DNA of 64,000 nucleotides from Octopus bimaculoides (Eukaryota): NCBI RefSeq assembly GCF_001194135.2, contig NC_068982.1, positions 148,175,523 to 148,239,522 of the forward strand, read 5' to 3'. Shown piece by piece: positions 52,453 to 64,000 of this stretch (position 1 is its first letter; each line of letters starts with the position of its first letter). The notes under the pieces were generated by a model. It saw only the letters and a program-made list of their open reading frames with translations, ran no database searches and was not told where the DNA came from. The position numbers and the translations under genes were made by a program.

Positions 52453-53459
52453 CTTTGAGGGGAAAAATAGTTTTTGTTTATTTCAGTGATTGAAATTTAT
52501 ACTTGTGTGAATTATGTAATTATATTGGTCTCATCTGAAATATATAAATTATTCTTTCAATAAATTTATGACTACTGAATATTAACTACGTTTTGAAAGA
52601 CAAGTATGTACCTGAAAATTATGTCACATCTCAATAATAATTAATGCCTCAATCAATAAACTCACTTTACTAAACATGGCGTATGCTTTATAACAGAGGG
52701 GGAGGTCATTTGTTTTACTTATAGATATTTATTGATTATTACATGATTGATTTAATAGAATATATTCAAGAGTGCATTTTTCTAAAACATACCTTAATGA
52801 AAGCTTTACAACAAGTTTTGCTTTTTGTTGGCATTGTGATTAAATGTATTATAATTTGAGATGTACCAGATGATATATCTTTTCAACAACATGTTTTAAA
52901 TTCAATGCGAAAAGGAAGCAATGATTTTACACCATAGATTTTAACTCTCTGTGTTTAAAAGAAATGGCATCATTGTGACCTATCTTAGAGCTTCGCAAGC
53001 GGAAGAAAATGCAGCTTCTGTTAAAAAAGATTAGAAGTATATAGCTAATCCTAATGTATAGAACTTGGAATTACACGGAATTACTCTGTCTAAATTGCAT
53101 AACAGTTTCCAACATGGAATCATTCAGTAATATCCTCGTGCACTGTAAATTGCTTTTGAATAATTTGAAATGTAATCTTTTCTAATTTCTCTTAGAACGT
53201 TCCCCATTTTCATTTGCACGGACAAGTAAAATCTGTGGTGTGACCTCTTTGTTTACTACCCGCAGCATCGATAAAACACATCATTATTGTCATGTATTCA
53301 TTAAAAACTTAATTATCCCAAAGGACTGTGTAGTGCACAATGAATTAATTTGCAACACAGAGCAATATTACACTAATCTTCTGCCTTTTCTGCAGACATA
53401 TTTCTAGCACAAATCACATTGCATAAATAAAGCTCATAAATATTAGATGGAAGAAAACT

Positions 53460-54660
53460 TCCTAGGAATGAGGGTAGTTGATGTCAACACTCTTTGGAGT
53501 CTCATAGATTGTTGGTTTCCCAGAGATCTGGTCAAAAAGTTTGTCACTAACTTTCTTGAACATTCCCAGGGCACCTACAGAGATAGTTTTTGTTTTTAAT
53601 TGCAACATCCTAGATATCTCAATCTCAAGGTCCTTATATTTCGACAGTTTTTCAAATTCTTTTGCTGAGATGTTTCTATCAGTAGGTACTGTCATGTCAA
53701 TTAACAAGTATGCTTTTTGTTTTAGGTCTTTGATGACGATGTCTGGTCTGTTATCATTTATTTGCCTATTTGTATGTATTCCATAATCCCACAGGATAGT
53801 AGCATTCTGTCCCTCAGTGATTGGCTCTGGATGATGTTTGTAACAGTCCTTAGGGTGCAGAATATCATAGTGACGACATACTCTCCAGTATTGGCCAACT
53901 CGATCATGCCTGGTTTTATATTCTGTAGGTGCAAGGACTGAGCAACCGGCAACAATGTGGTCAATACGCTCAAGTTTGTCATTGCAGAGTATACCTCACT
54001 GTGTGTGACATTAGCTTGATAGTTCTAGATAAGAAGACTCTGGCCTTGTGCTGCTAGAATGAATCTTTCTCTTTCAACTTTTAAACCAACACTCTGCAAC
54101 CACTGATGGGTTCTTCTTATATTTATATCAGCTTCTCCCAGCTCGTTTGAGGTGTTGCGCATTCAATGGTTTTCTTTTCACAGTCTTGATATTTCCTCGA
54201 AGCTTTCCTGTTTGGCTTTTGCTTTACATATCTCTGCTGCCTTAGTAGGTGGTGTGTCCTTATCAACATCATAATCAGGTAGCTTAAGCTCTCGTCTGTA
54301 TTTACACGCTTCGTTGTGATTGAGTGCAGTTTCTTAATCTGTTCATGTTGCCTTACCATCTTGATCTGTTCATGTTGCCTTGCCATCTTAATCTGTGATG
54401 AAAAGTGGTGTAATCACAAAGTACCGATACTGCAACGATGGGATTGAATCACTAAGCACCCTAATCTCCGGGTGTAAGGTTTTAGCACTTGTAGAGTACA
54501 AATGAATATATGACAGATGTGTCAACATCCAACACCACTGAATGTGAGGTATTCAATTTCCCATTTTGAAAAGTGGCCTAAGCACATTTATCACGACCAA
54601 ATTCCATCCCGATATCATCACTGAATGCTTTCACAGACGTAGTAATCCTTTCGCACAAAA
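53460..54660 (-). mobile_element. Decayed RLE-type non-LTR retrotransposon (R4/NeSL-like)
   Basis: AFSDDIGMEFGRDKCA (RT end) and LIDMTVPTDRNISAKEFEKLSKYKDLEIEI...VGALG (endonuclease). Confidence 0.8.
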
Positions 54661-55039
54661 TTGTAGATATTAATCTTTTAAAATTTTCTAGAGATAATCG
54701 TTTGTATGTCCGATTAGAGAAGACTGTAGTACTTTTGCAATAAAAAGGATGTTTATATTTTCGAATACTTGGGGAGAAAGGAAAGAATAGTCATTCACAG
54801 AAGTTGTAGATATTAAAGTTTTTAAATCTGATCGTTTGTGTGTTTGAAAACTGTAGATATGTAAGTTTCTTGACTTATTTTGAGGGAAATTTAAAATACT
54901 TACAGGAAATTGTAGATATTCCAGTCTTTGAGTGTTATTTTTCAGTTGTCCTGCTGGGTTGTATTAGTGTTTCTGTGTTTTCGGCTGCTGACTGGTCAGA
55001 GCAGCGAATGACACGTCCAGCAGCTGTCAAGGCTGGCGC

Positions 55040-55101
<62 letters not shown>

Positions 55102-55477
55102 GAGTGAGGGAGCAATGCATGTCATCAAAATGACACTGGGGTACAAATATACGAAACCCAATATAACTATCATGACGTCTCATCTAAGGGTACACCAGGT
55201 ACATGCATCATAACCATATGTCGGTGACATGGTGAACTCATACAAGATAAATAACGCAGGACCTTGCAAGGAGAAACCGGTTAGGATTTCTTTTCGGTCG
55301 AGTAGCCCATCCCGCTCAAAAGCTCCTTGAATAACATTTGTTTACGAATGTCGAATGAAAGACCCAGTTTTCCAAAGGGGAATTATTCAAACCCCAAAAA
55401 ATTTCTCTCAACACTTTTTTCTATATATTGCGAGCTGGACTGAACTACTGCTATTACTAGCGGACGAGTATCTATAA

Positions 55478-55514
55478 CCGAGGATGACCATAAAGAGGTC
55501 GAAACTGTACAGTC
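55478..55514 (+). ncRNA. Minimal hammerhead-ribozyme-like motif (one core mismatch)
   Basis: CCGAGGA-T-GACC-ataaaga-GGTC-GAAAC-TGTACA-GTC; stem III region actgtacagt is a palindrome ending in a GUC triplet. Confidence 0.55.
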
Positions 55515-57711
55515 AGGTGATCTCAGTGCTAGAGTTCTCTTCTCGTCAGTGATATATATCGAGTGCAAAGTATACTGAATAACCAACTGGAGAAGGCGCC
55601 CTCACGAGTTTAAAATAGAAGTATCGCCGGTTCTTAAGCAGCATCCGTCTTTAGGTGGGGTTAAACACTACTTCACAATATAAACACTGCTTTCATTTCT
55701 CATAGGGATTTTCTTAACTTGCTAGTTTGCTTGTTACATATATACATATATAGGTATAAATATATATNNNNNNNNNNNNNNNNNNNNNNNNNNNNNNNNN
55801 NNNNNNNNNNNNNNNNNNNNNNNNNNNNNNNNNNNNNNNNNNNNNNNNNNNNNNNNNNNNNNNNNNNNNNNNNNNNNNNNNNNNNNNNNNNNNNNNNNNN
55901 NNNNNNNNNNNNNNNNNNNNNNTATATATATCCACCTCTACCCCCACCTTCAGCCTAACCCACACCACACACCACTACACCATACACCACCATATCACAC
56001 AACACATCACATCACAATACACCACCACATACATACCAGCACTGACCACTTCCCAGCCCCACATTTTCACACATACATACACGCACACGTCAAGATCACC
56101 AGCCCTTTTCCACACACACATACAAACTCTCTTGTACAACGCACGCTTACCTTCATTTTGGGATAACCACTACTTTATTACTTCCCCTTCTCCCTAGCTC
56201 TCCTGTGTGACCCTTCTGTCCGGCATTCGCCATGATAGATCGCTAGCCACTACATATTCTTTATTTTCTCTCCTTGTTTCTTTCTGTGTTCCTTTCTGTG
56301 GAAGAGCGTAGGCAAACTTAGGTTCACAGTAGAAATGAGTAAAATGGATCATAAAAACTGGTATGTTACAGATTCAATAACATTGTTTTTCATAGAACGT
56401 AAGAGACTAAAACAAGAAGTATGGAACGGCTCAGTTTGGTGATTTCCCATCTTCGAATGCCTTCAACTTGGAAATAATGCTCCCTAAATTGGATTATAGT
56501 CCTATTAAATATAATGAAAAGATGGCTTACACAACAGAGGCTTCAAAGTGAACAACATTTTTATAGAGGTGGGTAAACAGTTCATCCAGTTTACGCACCT
56601 CTTTGTACGGCGACTTATGTTAGTAGTAGAAGAGACTACAGTGCCCTTGACCCGTTGGGTTACCTGGAAACTCTGACTGTCCCAGCAATGGACTTTTGTT
56701 TCGTAAGTTTTTTCTTTTCCAGTTTATTTGGCATGCTTTCAACGAATGTGACATCGAAAGGTTAGAGTTTCTTTCCTTTCAAGATGGAGTAAAACTATAC
56801 ACCGTTTTGGGTGTTTATCTCACCAAACACGAATATCTCAATAACTACTGCTCCGATTTACGCGAAACTTGTTTCATTCCTTTCGTATTAATGTATGTAT
56901 GTATGTATATATATATATATATATATATNNNNNNNNNNNNNNNNNNNNNNNNNNNNNNNNNNNNNNNNNNNNNNNNNNNNNNNNNNNNNNNNNNNNNNNN
57001 NNNNNNNNNNNNNNNNNNNNNNNNNNNNNNNNNNNNNNNNNNNNNNNNNNNNNNNNNNNNNNNNNNNNNNNNNNNNNNNNNNNNNNNNNNNNNNNNNNNN
57101 NNNNNNNNNNNNNNNNNNNNNNNNNNNNNNNNNNNNNNNNNNNNNNNNNNNNNNNNNNNNNNNNNNNNNNNNNNNNNNNNNNNNNNNNNNNNNNNNNNNN
57201 NNNNNNNNNNNNNNNNNNNNNNNNNNNNNNNNNNNNNNNNNNNNNNNNNNNNNNNNNNNNNNNNNNNNNNNNATATAAATATATATGTGAGTGCGTGTTT
57301 ATATATATATATAGTTTTAGTAATGCTATAAATGATACTGAAAACTATAATGCTTGTCGAAAATTGTAAACGAAGAAAAAGACGACTATAATGTGCACAA
57401 GTTACTGTTTTACCAGTGTACTAGTTTTGACGTTTAGCCTCTGAGAAACGTTGCTGACGCAGACTTATGATCAAAGATAGCCTAAAAAGATCATCGCTTA
57501 CGTTGGGGAATAAAATATCAAAAGATTTCCATCGTTTATTAAGATTGTGGAATGTGAACTGAGTGGGATTTGGCTCCTCTTTTATCTACTAGTAGCTGCT
57601 CAATGAATTTTTATGTTGATTATGAAAAAGAACAATATTTCTATTTATCAGAATTCATAAATTTCACATGAACAAATTTCATTATACAACTGATGATACA
57701 TTTTAGCATAC

Positions 57712-57831
57712 CTGTGAATTCCCTTTTCCACTTATATCCAGTAATTGATAAATTCGTACAGGTAAGGAGTACACATTCACTTTCTGCTACAGTTTCACCA
57801 GACTGGTAGCATTTGTGATTCACTCTACAGC
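57712..57831 (-). CDS. Gene 3 module exon (type C): GCRVNHKCYQSGETVAESECVLLTCTNLSITGYKWKREFT(G)
   Basis: tttatttttcag|GC TGT ... ACA G|gtatgc; 120 bp, 4 Cys. Confidence 0.9.
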
Positions 57832-58094
57832 CTGAAAAATAAATTGATAAGAACAATTTCAAATAATTGCAAAATGACGTTTAGAAAGTATAGGATTCTT
57901 TTACAACTCTTTACATCGGAAACGTTGTACAGTCCCTCGCTGATTGGAAGAGGCGACCGTCTGGAAGGGATGTTCTCGTCGCTCCTTTCTGCCAACGGGC
58001 AGCCCCACGCGACCCCGTTGCCTGATCGACTCTACACGGTCGGCGTGTCCCCGACTTTCCGGTTATTCAACTGATGGAATGAAATCTAACGTAC

Positions 58095-58217
58095 CTGTGA
58101 ATTCCCTTTTCCACTTATATCCAGTAACTGGTGAATGCGTACAGATAAATCGTTCACATGTCCTTTTTGCAGTCACAATTCTACCATTCTGGTAACATTT
58201 GTAATTCAATAAACAAC
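58095..58217 (-). CDS. Gene 3 module exon (type C): GCLLNYKCYQNGRIVTAKRTCERFICTHSPVTGYKWKREFT(G)
   Basis: aatttttttcag|GT TGT ... ACA G|gtacgt; 123 bp, 4 Cys; not shown in the ORF track. Confidence 0.9.
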
Positions 58218-58512
58218 CTGAAAAAAATTAAGAACAATTTTTTTTTAGAGTCACAAACTAATGTTCAGAAAGTATAGAATTCTTTTACAACGCTTCATAT
58301 CGAAAACGTTGTAGAGTCGTTCAGGTCAAATTAAGTCATGCTACTCATGTTCCAGGGAAGCGTCAGCCCACTGACTGAAACAGTAAAATGCCATACAAAG
58401 GCTGATATTCATAATTATTTGTGAAAAGCTTCAAAAATATACTGAAACATTAACACGCAACTAAAGCACGCATATAACTATAATTGTTTGTCTGGCTGAA
58501 ATCCTAGAATTA

Positions 58513-58556
<44 letters not shown>

Positions 58557-58767
58557 ATATATGTGTGTGTGTGTTCAAAGATACAGGTAAAGAAATAATT
58601 TTATTCTCAAAGTGATTCCTTATCTCTATCTTTCAATACAAGGCTTCTAAAGCAAACTTTGTTGACCTTCAACGTAAGTTGAATTTAACATATGTATCTA
58701 TGTATTATGTATGTATGTATGCATGTATGTATGTATGTATGTATGTACGTATGTATTATGTGTGTGT

Positions 58768-58806
<39 letters not shown>

Positions 58807-58934
58807 TGTGCATCACCCTTTTTATTCCTCTTTTACTATTTTTACCGTTCGTTATACAGCTAAATTTAGATTTAATTAATGAAATTAAATGTCCTCGTGC
58901 TGCATTGTCTAATTGCCTTTCCTCACTACACACA

Positions 58935-59830
58935 CACACACGAAGGTGGGCTGAGAAGCCCACAGGCTAAGTATGAAGGAGGGGTGCTAAAGCTGTAATA
59001 TCTTGCATTCATCATTCCCAACTACAACTATTTTTATCAATAACTGCATTGTTTCTTTCCAGCTAAACTAACATCAGACTCTTCAAAGGCTCCCAAAGAA
59101 ACTAGTTGCGTCTTGTCTTGAAAATGGAGAAAAATTAACATCGTCGTGTCATCAAGTACCTGCAGGAAAAGGGTTTAGACTTCAAGGCTATTTATGCTAA
59201 CATTGTTGCTATATTAGGGCATAAGGCTCCAGCTTTATTAACAATGCAAAAAAGGGCAGCTAAATTTGTGAGAAGAAAGAGTCTTTAAGATGACCCAAGT
59301 TCTGGACGTCCTACAATTGCTACCACCGAGAAAAACATTGCTCGTGTTCACCACATGTTACTGCATGACAGGTAACTGACTGTAAATCAAATAGCCAATG
59401 CTATTAGCATATCTTGTGAGAGAGTAGAGAAAATTCTTCAAAATAAACTTAGCATGACGAAATTTTCTGCGCAGTGTGTGCCACATCTTCTGACACCTGA
59501 TCAAAATGTACCTGGTTGATCACATCACAAGAAAATTAGACATTGTTTCTGGCAGATACAACTGGTTGCCATCAACGATTCCTAAGCCAAGTTGAGTGTT
59601 GGCTATATCATTTTGAGCTGCAGATAGATACAATCCATGCAATGGAAACACCCTTTCTTACCTGCTCCGAGGAAAGCCATGGTCATTTTGTCTGCAAGGA
59701 AGTTGATGGCCTCGGTTTTTTGGGATGCAAAAGGCATTGTGTTTATTAACTTTCTTCAAAAGGGCCACACCATCAATGCAAAGTACTATGCCAACTTGCT
59801 GGAGCAGATATGACAGGCTACCAAAACCTT
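58935..59830 (+). mobile_element. Decayed mariner transposon, 5' two-thirds
   Basis: TIR-like cacgaaggtgggctgagaagcccacaggct. Motifs DDPSSGRPTIATTEKNI, AQCVPHLLTPDQ and ASVFWDAKGIVFINFLQKGHTINAKYY. Confidence 0.8.
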
Positions 59831-60838
59831 GTTTCACTAGGACAATATTCCAGCACACAACTCCTTCAATCCAATTGGTGCTGTGCATCATTATAGCTTT
59901 AAGCTGGTTGATTATTCTCTCTGTTCTTCTTACTTGTATCGCAGTGATGAAGATGTCATGTTGTTAATGACTTTTATCTGTCAAGTGTGGTAGAAGAGGA
60001 TCACAAGTTTAGCCTTAGAAATATTTGTAGGCTTATCCCGCTACGTCCGTGCGTTAATATCACGTGAGTATATTTTTTGCACCCAAAATTAAGGCTGACA
60101 CGATTGAGTCAACACGACTCGTGAGAGTCTGAAACAAGGCTTTCTAAATTTAATTTGTCAAGTGTTAGAGTGGACAGGAATTGTTTCTATGTAGAGCAAT
60201 GGTTGAATAGTTATGGTTTGTATCTATGTATGCAGGCATCAAATTTTGTTCTCCACTAAATTCGTGTTAGAATCATACGATGAAAAGTCAAGAATGTGTT
60301 CAAAGTTTTGATTGTTAGCTGTGTAAATTCAGCACATCACTGAGTTTAGTGGTCAATGTACTTTGTTAAAGTTCAATCAGTCTTTGTTTGAATTTTTTAT
60401 GAATATATTTTCTTTGTTTATCCGTGTTTGGTCTGTGGTATTGACTGAATAAAAGTAAAGTGGAAAGACTTGGAACTTGAGACATTTATCTTTTGTGTAT
60501 GTTTATGTGTCCACCCAGCCTTGATTGTTTGAGATTATCACTAGACACGTTCACTCAACCGGGACAGCTTTGATATACGGCGCCAAACATATTGTTACAT
60601 GGCATTAAAGAACGGGCGTAGCTGGGAACTTACAAAACTTTCTAAACCTTATCACGTGATCACCCTCGGTCAGTCAAATCGTATCCAAGACAATTTTTGA
60701 ATTGCAAACAAAAGCAAGACAGTTCCAGCATAGGCTTATGACTTTCTATCTCAAGCTTTTGAAAATCAGACAAATCTGTGAAACTGGTTAAGTCTTTAAA
60801 AAATTTTAAAACTAAATCAATCCAAGAGCATTTTCAAC

Positions 60839-60933
<95 letters not shown>

Positions 60934-61699
60934 TGTACATGTATACAAGAGGGAGAGAGAGAGAGAGAGAGAATCCAATTACATATATAATGGCACTTAC
61001 CAGAAGAAACTTGAAATTTTGCTCTAACTAATAATCAGGAAATTTTATTCTTGATATTGGTATTAAATATCTTTTAATATATGGTTCAACTAAGGCAGAG
61101 ATCTTGCAGAATCGCTAGCATGTCCTGAGTTTAAATACCAGTTGTGTACTGGAGTCTATGTAATCGACTTATCCATCCTCCGAAATTGCTACAAAATTTA
61201 AAACCATTACATGGATCGTCGATTTTATCTATTATCTAAATGTCATCTATTTTATTGTGTTGCAGTCTCCTCAAGATTGATAGATCAATAATACACTAAA
61301 TTTTTATTTCGGAGCCTGCCATACATTAACATGACAGGTGTTGGTGTAAAGGGAAAAAGTGAATACAAAAACAGTGTTTTTGGAGGAGTGAATTGTCAAC
61401 CGAAACATTGCATTAAGTAGTAGTTATTTTAGCGATTCCCAAAGATGAAACCGATTCCAAATAAATCTGAACTCAGGAACGAAAAAATGACGAGCATTAT
61501 AAATTCAGCAAAAGATTTTACTTTCTGTTCTTATAGATTCTGAAATGCATTGTTTTCCTCATGTTCCACTATTATATTTAGATTATAGATATTACATTCT
61601 AGATTTATTTTATCGAAACACATGGCACGCATTATATGATTCTGACACGTATTATATGATATGGATTTGGAGGAGAAAAAAAAGAACCTACAAGCCTAC

Positions 61700-61819
61700 C
61701 AGTTGTTTGTTGCCGCATATAAAATACATGTCCTATTCGCTCACAAGTATAAACCAGGCAAGAATATGGCTGTCGTATTTTTCCCCCATCTGGATAACAA
61801 ACTCCATTTACCCTACAAC
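61700..61819 (-). CDS. Gene 3 module exon (type A): GCRVNGVCYPDGGKIRQPYSCLVYTCERIGHVFYMRQQTT(G)
   Basis: ctttttaattcatag|GT TGT ... ACT G|gtaggc; 120 bp, 4 Cys; not shown in the ORF track. Confidence 0.9.
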
Positions 61820-62025
61820 CTATGAATTAAAAAGAGACGTAATAAGTTTTGTTTTCTATTATCAACAATGTTCATGAAATACATGTTTGTTCTTGTAACA
61901 CACTTATAAACGATAAATTATCAATTTATCTTCAATGGTGAACATATTTCTATAGCTCGGAATTCATAAATTTCACATGGGCAAATTTCATTATTCAACT
62001 GATAAAACTGAAGTTTTTAACATAC

Positions 62026-62145
62026 CTCTTAATTCCTTTTTCCACTTATATCCAGTAACTGGCGAATACGTACAAGTAAGTCGGATACACGTCCTTAAAT
62101 TTATAATTTTACCACACTCATAGCATCTGCGATTCAATCTACAGC
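62026..62145 (-). CDS. Gene 3 module exon (type C): GCRLNRRCYECGKIINLRTCIRLTCTYSPVTGYKWKKELR(G)
   Basis: aattttttcag|GC TGT ... AGA G|gtatgt; 120 bp, 5 Cys; not shown in the ORF track. Confidence 0.88.
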
Positions 62146-62339
62146 CTGAAAAAATTAATAAGTCAGTTCCTTATAATCACAAAATATTGTTCAGAAAGTA
62201 TAGAAATCTTTTTCAACTACTTGAATTGAAAATATTCAATATTCACTTAAGACTAATTAAGTTACGTATGTTTTATATTTGGATTGCGCTGGTATGTTTC
62301 AGTGCAGCGACAGCCAACTTATTGAAACGATAAACTGTG

Positions 62340-62500
62340 ATCTTCTTCTTCTAGTCAGGTGTCGCACTATGCGATGCTGTGGTCATCACGATGTCTTGCC
62401 ACCTTCTGTTCTCTGCCCCATGGACAGCTGAGAATAAAGACAACCCTGTGGCTGTGATGTCTTTTAGCCAAGAAGTGGGTAGTCTGCCTCTTTTACGTCT
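62340..62500 (-). mobile_element. RTE-like LINE 3' end
   Basis: GRRKRGRLPTSWLKDI...AENRRWQDIV followed by a gaaga tail. Confidence 0.6.
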
Positions 62501-63270
62501 GCCGTATGCCCCATTGACTGTAGTGCCCTTTGCTAGAAAATCCATCATCACAACTCCGCGCTGGTCCCAAAAGATTGTGAGTATTACCTTGCCTGCTGAG
62601 GGTTGGACACGAGCCTTCTTTGCAGGTGGTGAGTTATCATCCTTCCATTACTTCAACTGGACTCTAGCTCCATGATCATAGTGCTGGGTTCATATTTCAT
62701 CCTGTGTGATAAGTCTGCTGAAAAAGTCCTCCTCGTTTTCTTGGTCAAAAGAGTGTGGGAGCAATTGACTCGTACCTGCTTCTGAAAAGGTCCGAGCATC
62801 CAGAGAATCCTTCGTGCAGATAACTTCTGCATGTACAAATCGGCGTGAAGGATGTTTTCCTCCGACCCTACACTCATCTTCACCTTTTAGGCTAGTTGCC
62901 GAATAGTTATGCGGTGATCCTCCAAAATGGCGGCTTCCACTTTATGGATGGTGTCGTCACCAATAGCGGTATGTGGTCGTCTAGAAATAGAAGTTTCCAC
63001 CGATGTCCAACCATATTTGAACTGGCGATGCCAGTGCTTGACTACGTCGTATGATGGTACGTTGTCACCATAGACTTCTTTCCCCTCACTGAAAGTCGCT
63101 TTTGGTGTACCACCTTTCACGTATAAGAGTCTCATCACTTATCTGCATTCAACTGCCTCCATTATAACACCTTAGTCCACTTTAGCAGCTATGAAAGACA
63201 AACGAATACTAGTGGAAAGCTGCAATTTACAATGTGACATTTAGAGACATGTATAATTATATATGTACAA
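62500..63270 (-). mobile_element. Decayed mariner fragment
   Basis: VPSYDVVKHWHRQFKYG...DHRITIRQLA, LSARRILWML and DFLAKGTTVNGAY. Confidence 0.8.
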
Positions 63271-63325
63271 GTTCAGTTTCCTGCAACAACCGGAAATTGG
63301 TCAGAGGCCCAGTTCCCTCGTGTTG

Positions 63326-63419
63326 ACTTCACGGAACTCTACTTCACTCTCACAGATAATGTCAATGTGGAAAAATGCATTGAGATTATTTGTGAGAGTG
63401 AAGTAGAGTTCCGTGAAGT
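63326..63419. repeat. Near-perfect 94-nt hairpin
   Basis: acttcacggaactctacttcactctcacagataatgtcaatg / cattgagattatttgtgagagtgaagtagagttccgtgaagt with a 10-nt loop. Confidence 0.9.
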
Positions 63420-63612
63420 AGGGTTCTGTGTTCAAACAGATTCTGCTATGCACGGCTCTCAACATCCGCTACTAACTATGTTTAAATATGTTTAAATAAC
63501 AGCGATATAACGTTTTATACTTATTTTATCGAAACATATGGAAAACAGTAAATTCTGGCACGTATTATATGATATAAATTTAGAAAAGAAAAAAAAGAAT
63601 ATACAAGCGTAC

Positions 63613-63732
63613 CAGTTACTTCATGCCGCACATAAGATAGACGTCCTTTTCGTTTACAAACATAAACCATGCAAGAAAGTGCCTGTTTTATTCCTTTCCC
63701 ATATGGCTGACAAACTCCATTTATCATACAGC
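63613..63732 (-). CDS. Gene 3 module exon (type A): GCMINGVCQPYGKGIKQALSCMVYVCKRKGRLSYVRHEVT(G)
   Basis: ctttttaattcatag|GC TGT ... ACT G|gtacgc; 120 bp, 4 Cys. Confidence 0.9.
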
Positions 63733-64000
63733 CTATGAATTAAAAAGAAACACGATGAGTTTTGTATGTTTTCTATCAACAATGTTTATGAAATACATGT
63801 TAGTTCTTATAATACATGTTAGTTCTTGTAAAAGAACCTTATAAACGATAAATTATCAAAGAGTGAGTTGCATTTTCAGTAATAATGCGTTTCAATCGTA
63901 GTTCTAAACTAGGCAGCAAGCTGACAGGATCTTTTGCACTCGGGCAAAATGCTTAGTTCAAATTCCGTCGAGCTTTGCTTTCATCCGTTCTAGGTCGACA

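Noticed and set aside
53170-53290. Minus-strand CFIDAAGSK...TCPCK*KW resembling a module
   Set aside because: No AG acceptor or GT donor, wrong Cys spacing and internal stops.
54425-54530. Cys-containing frame CHIFICTLQ...GCLVIQSHRCSIG ending near a GT
   Set aside because: Lies inside the decayed non-LTR element and has no acceptor.
60030-60690. CpG-containing patches with CACGTG motifs in a gene 3 intron
   Set aside because: No ORF, repeat structure or paralogous conservation that I could support; 6-mers are expected by chance.
1-64000. CRISPR arrays, prokaryotic operons or rRNA genes
   Set aside because: No regularly spaced repeat-spacer arrays or rRNA motifs; the window is intron-rich eukaryotic DNA.

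Overview
AT-rich eukaryotic genomic DNA with many microsatellites and assembly gaps. The SINE and transposon content suggests an octopod cephalopod (inference). There is no long intact ORF, and most ORF-track entries are microsatellite, gap or transposon artefacts. The main content is a head-to-tail cluster of three paralogous minus-strand genes for secreted cysteine-rich proteins. They are built from small symmetric phase-1 exons (117-123 bp), each encoding a module G-C-x5-C-x11/12-C-x4-C-x14/15. Gene 2 (about 23.5-40.0 kb) appears complete: TATA/Inr, non-coding exon, signal-peptide exon, short one-Cys exon, five module exons and an 8-nt terminal CDS (GC-stop), giving 245 aa. Gene 1 (<1-14.2 kb) is present as its 5' part. 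Gene 3 (47.1 kb to >64 kb) is present as its 3' part, with six module exons produced partly by internal exon duplication. In the pair compared by hand, the module exon is more divergent than its flanking introns. I do not recognise the family by name. The rest is decayed mobile DNA: tRNA-derived SINEs, mariner/maT, hAT, a Helitron-like end, Penelope-like and other non-LTR fragments, MITE-like foldbacks and hammerhead-like motifs. All alignments and counts were made by eye.
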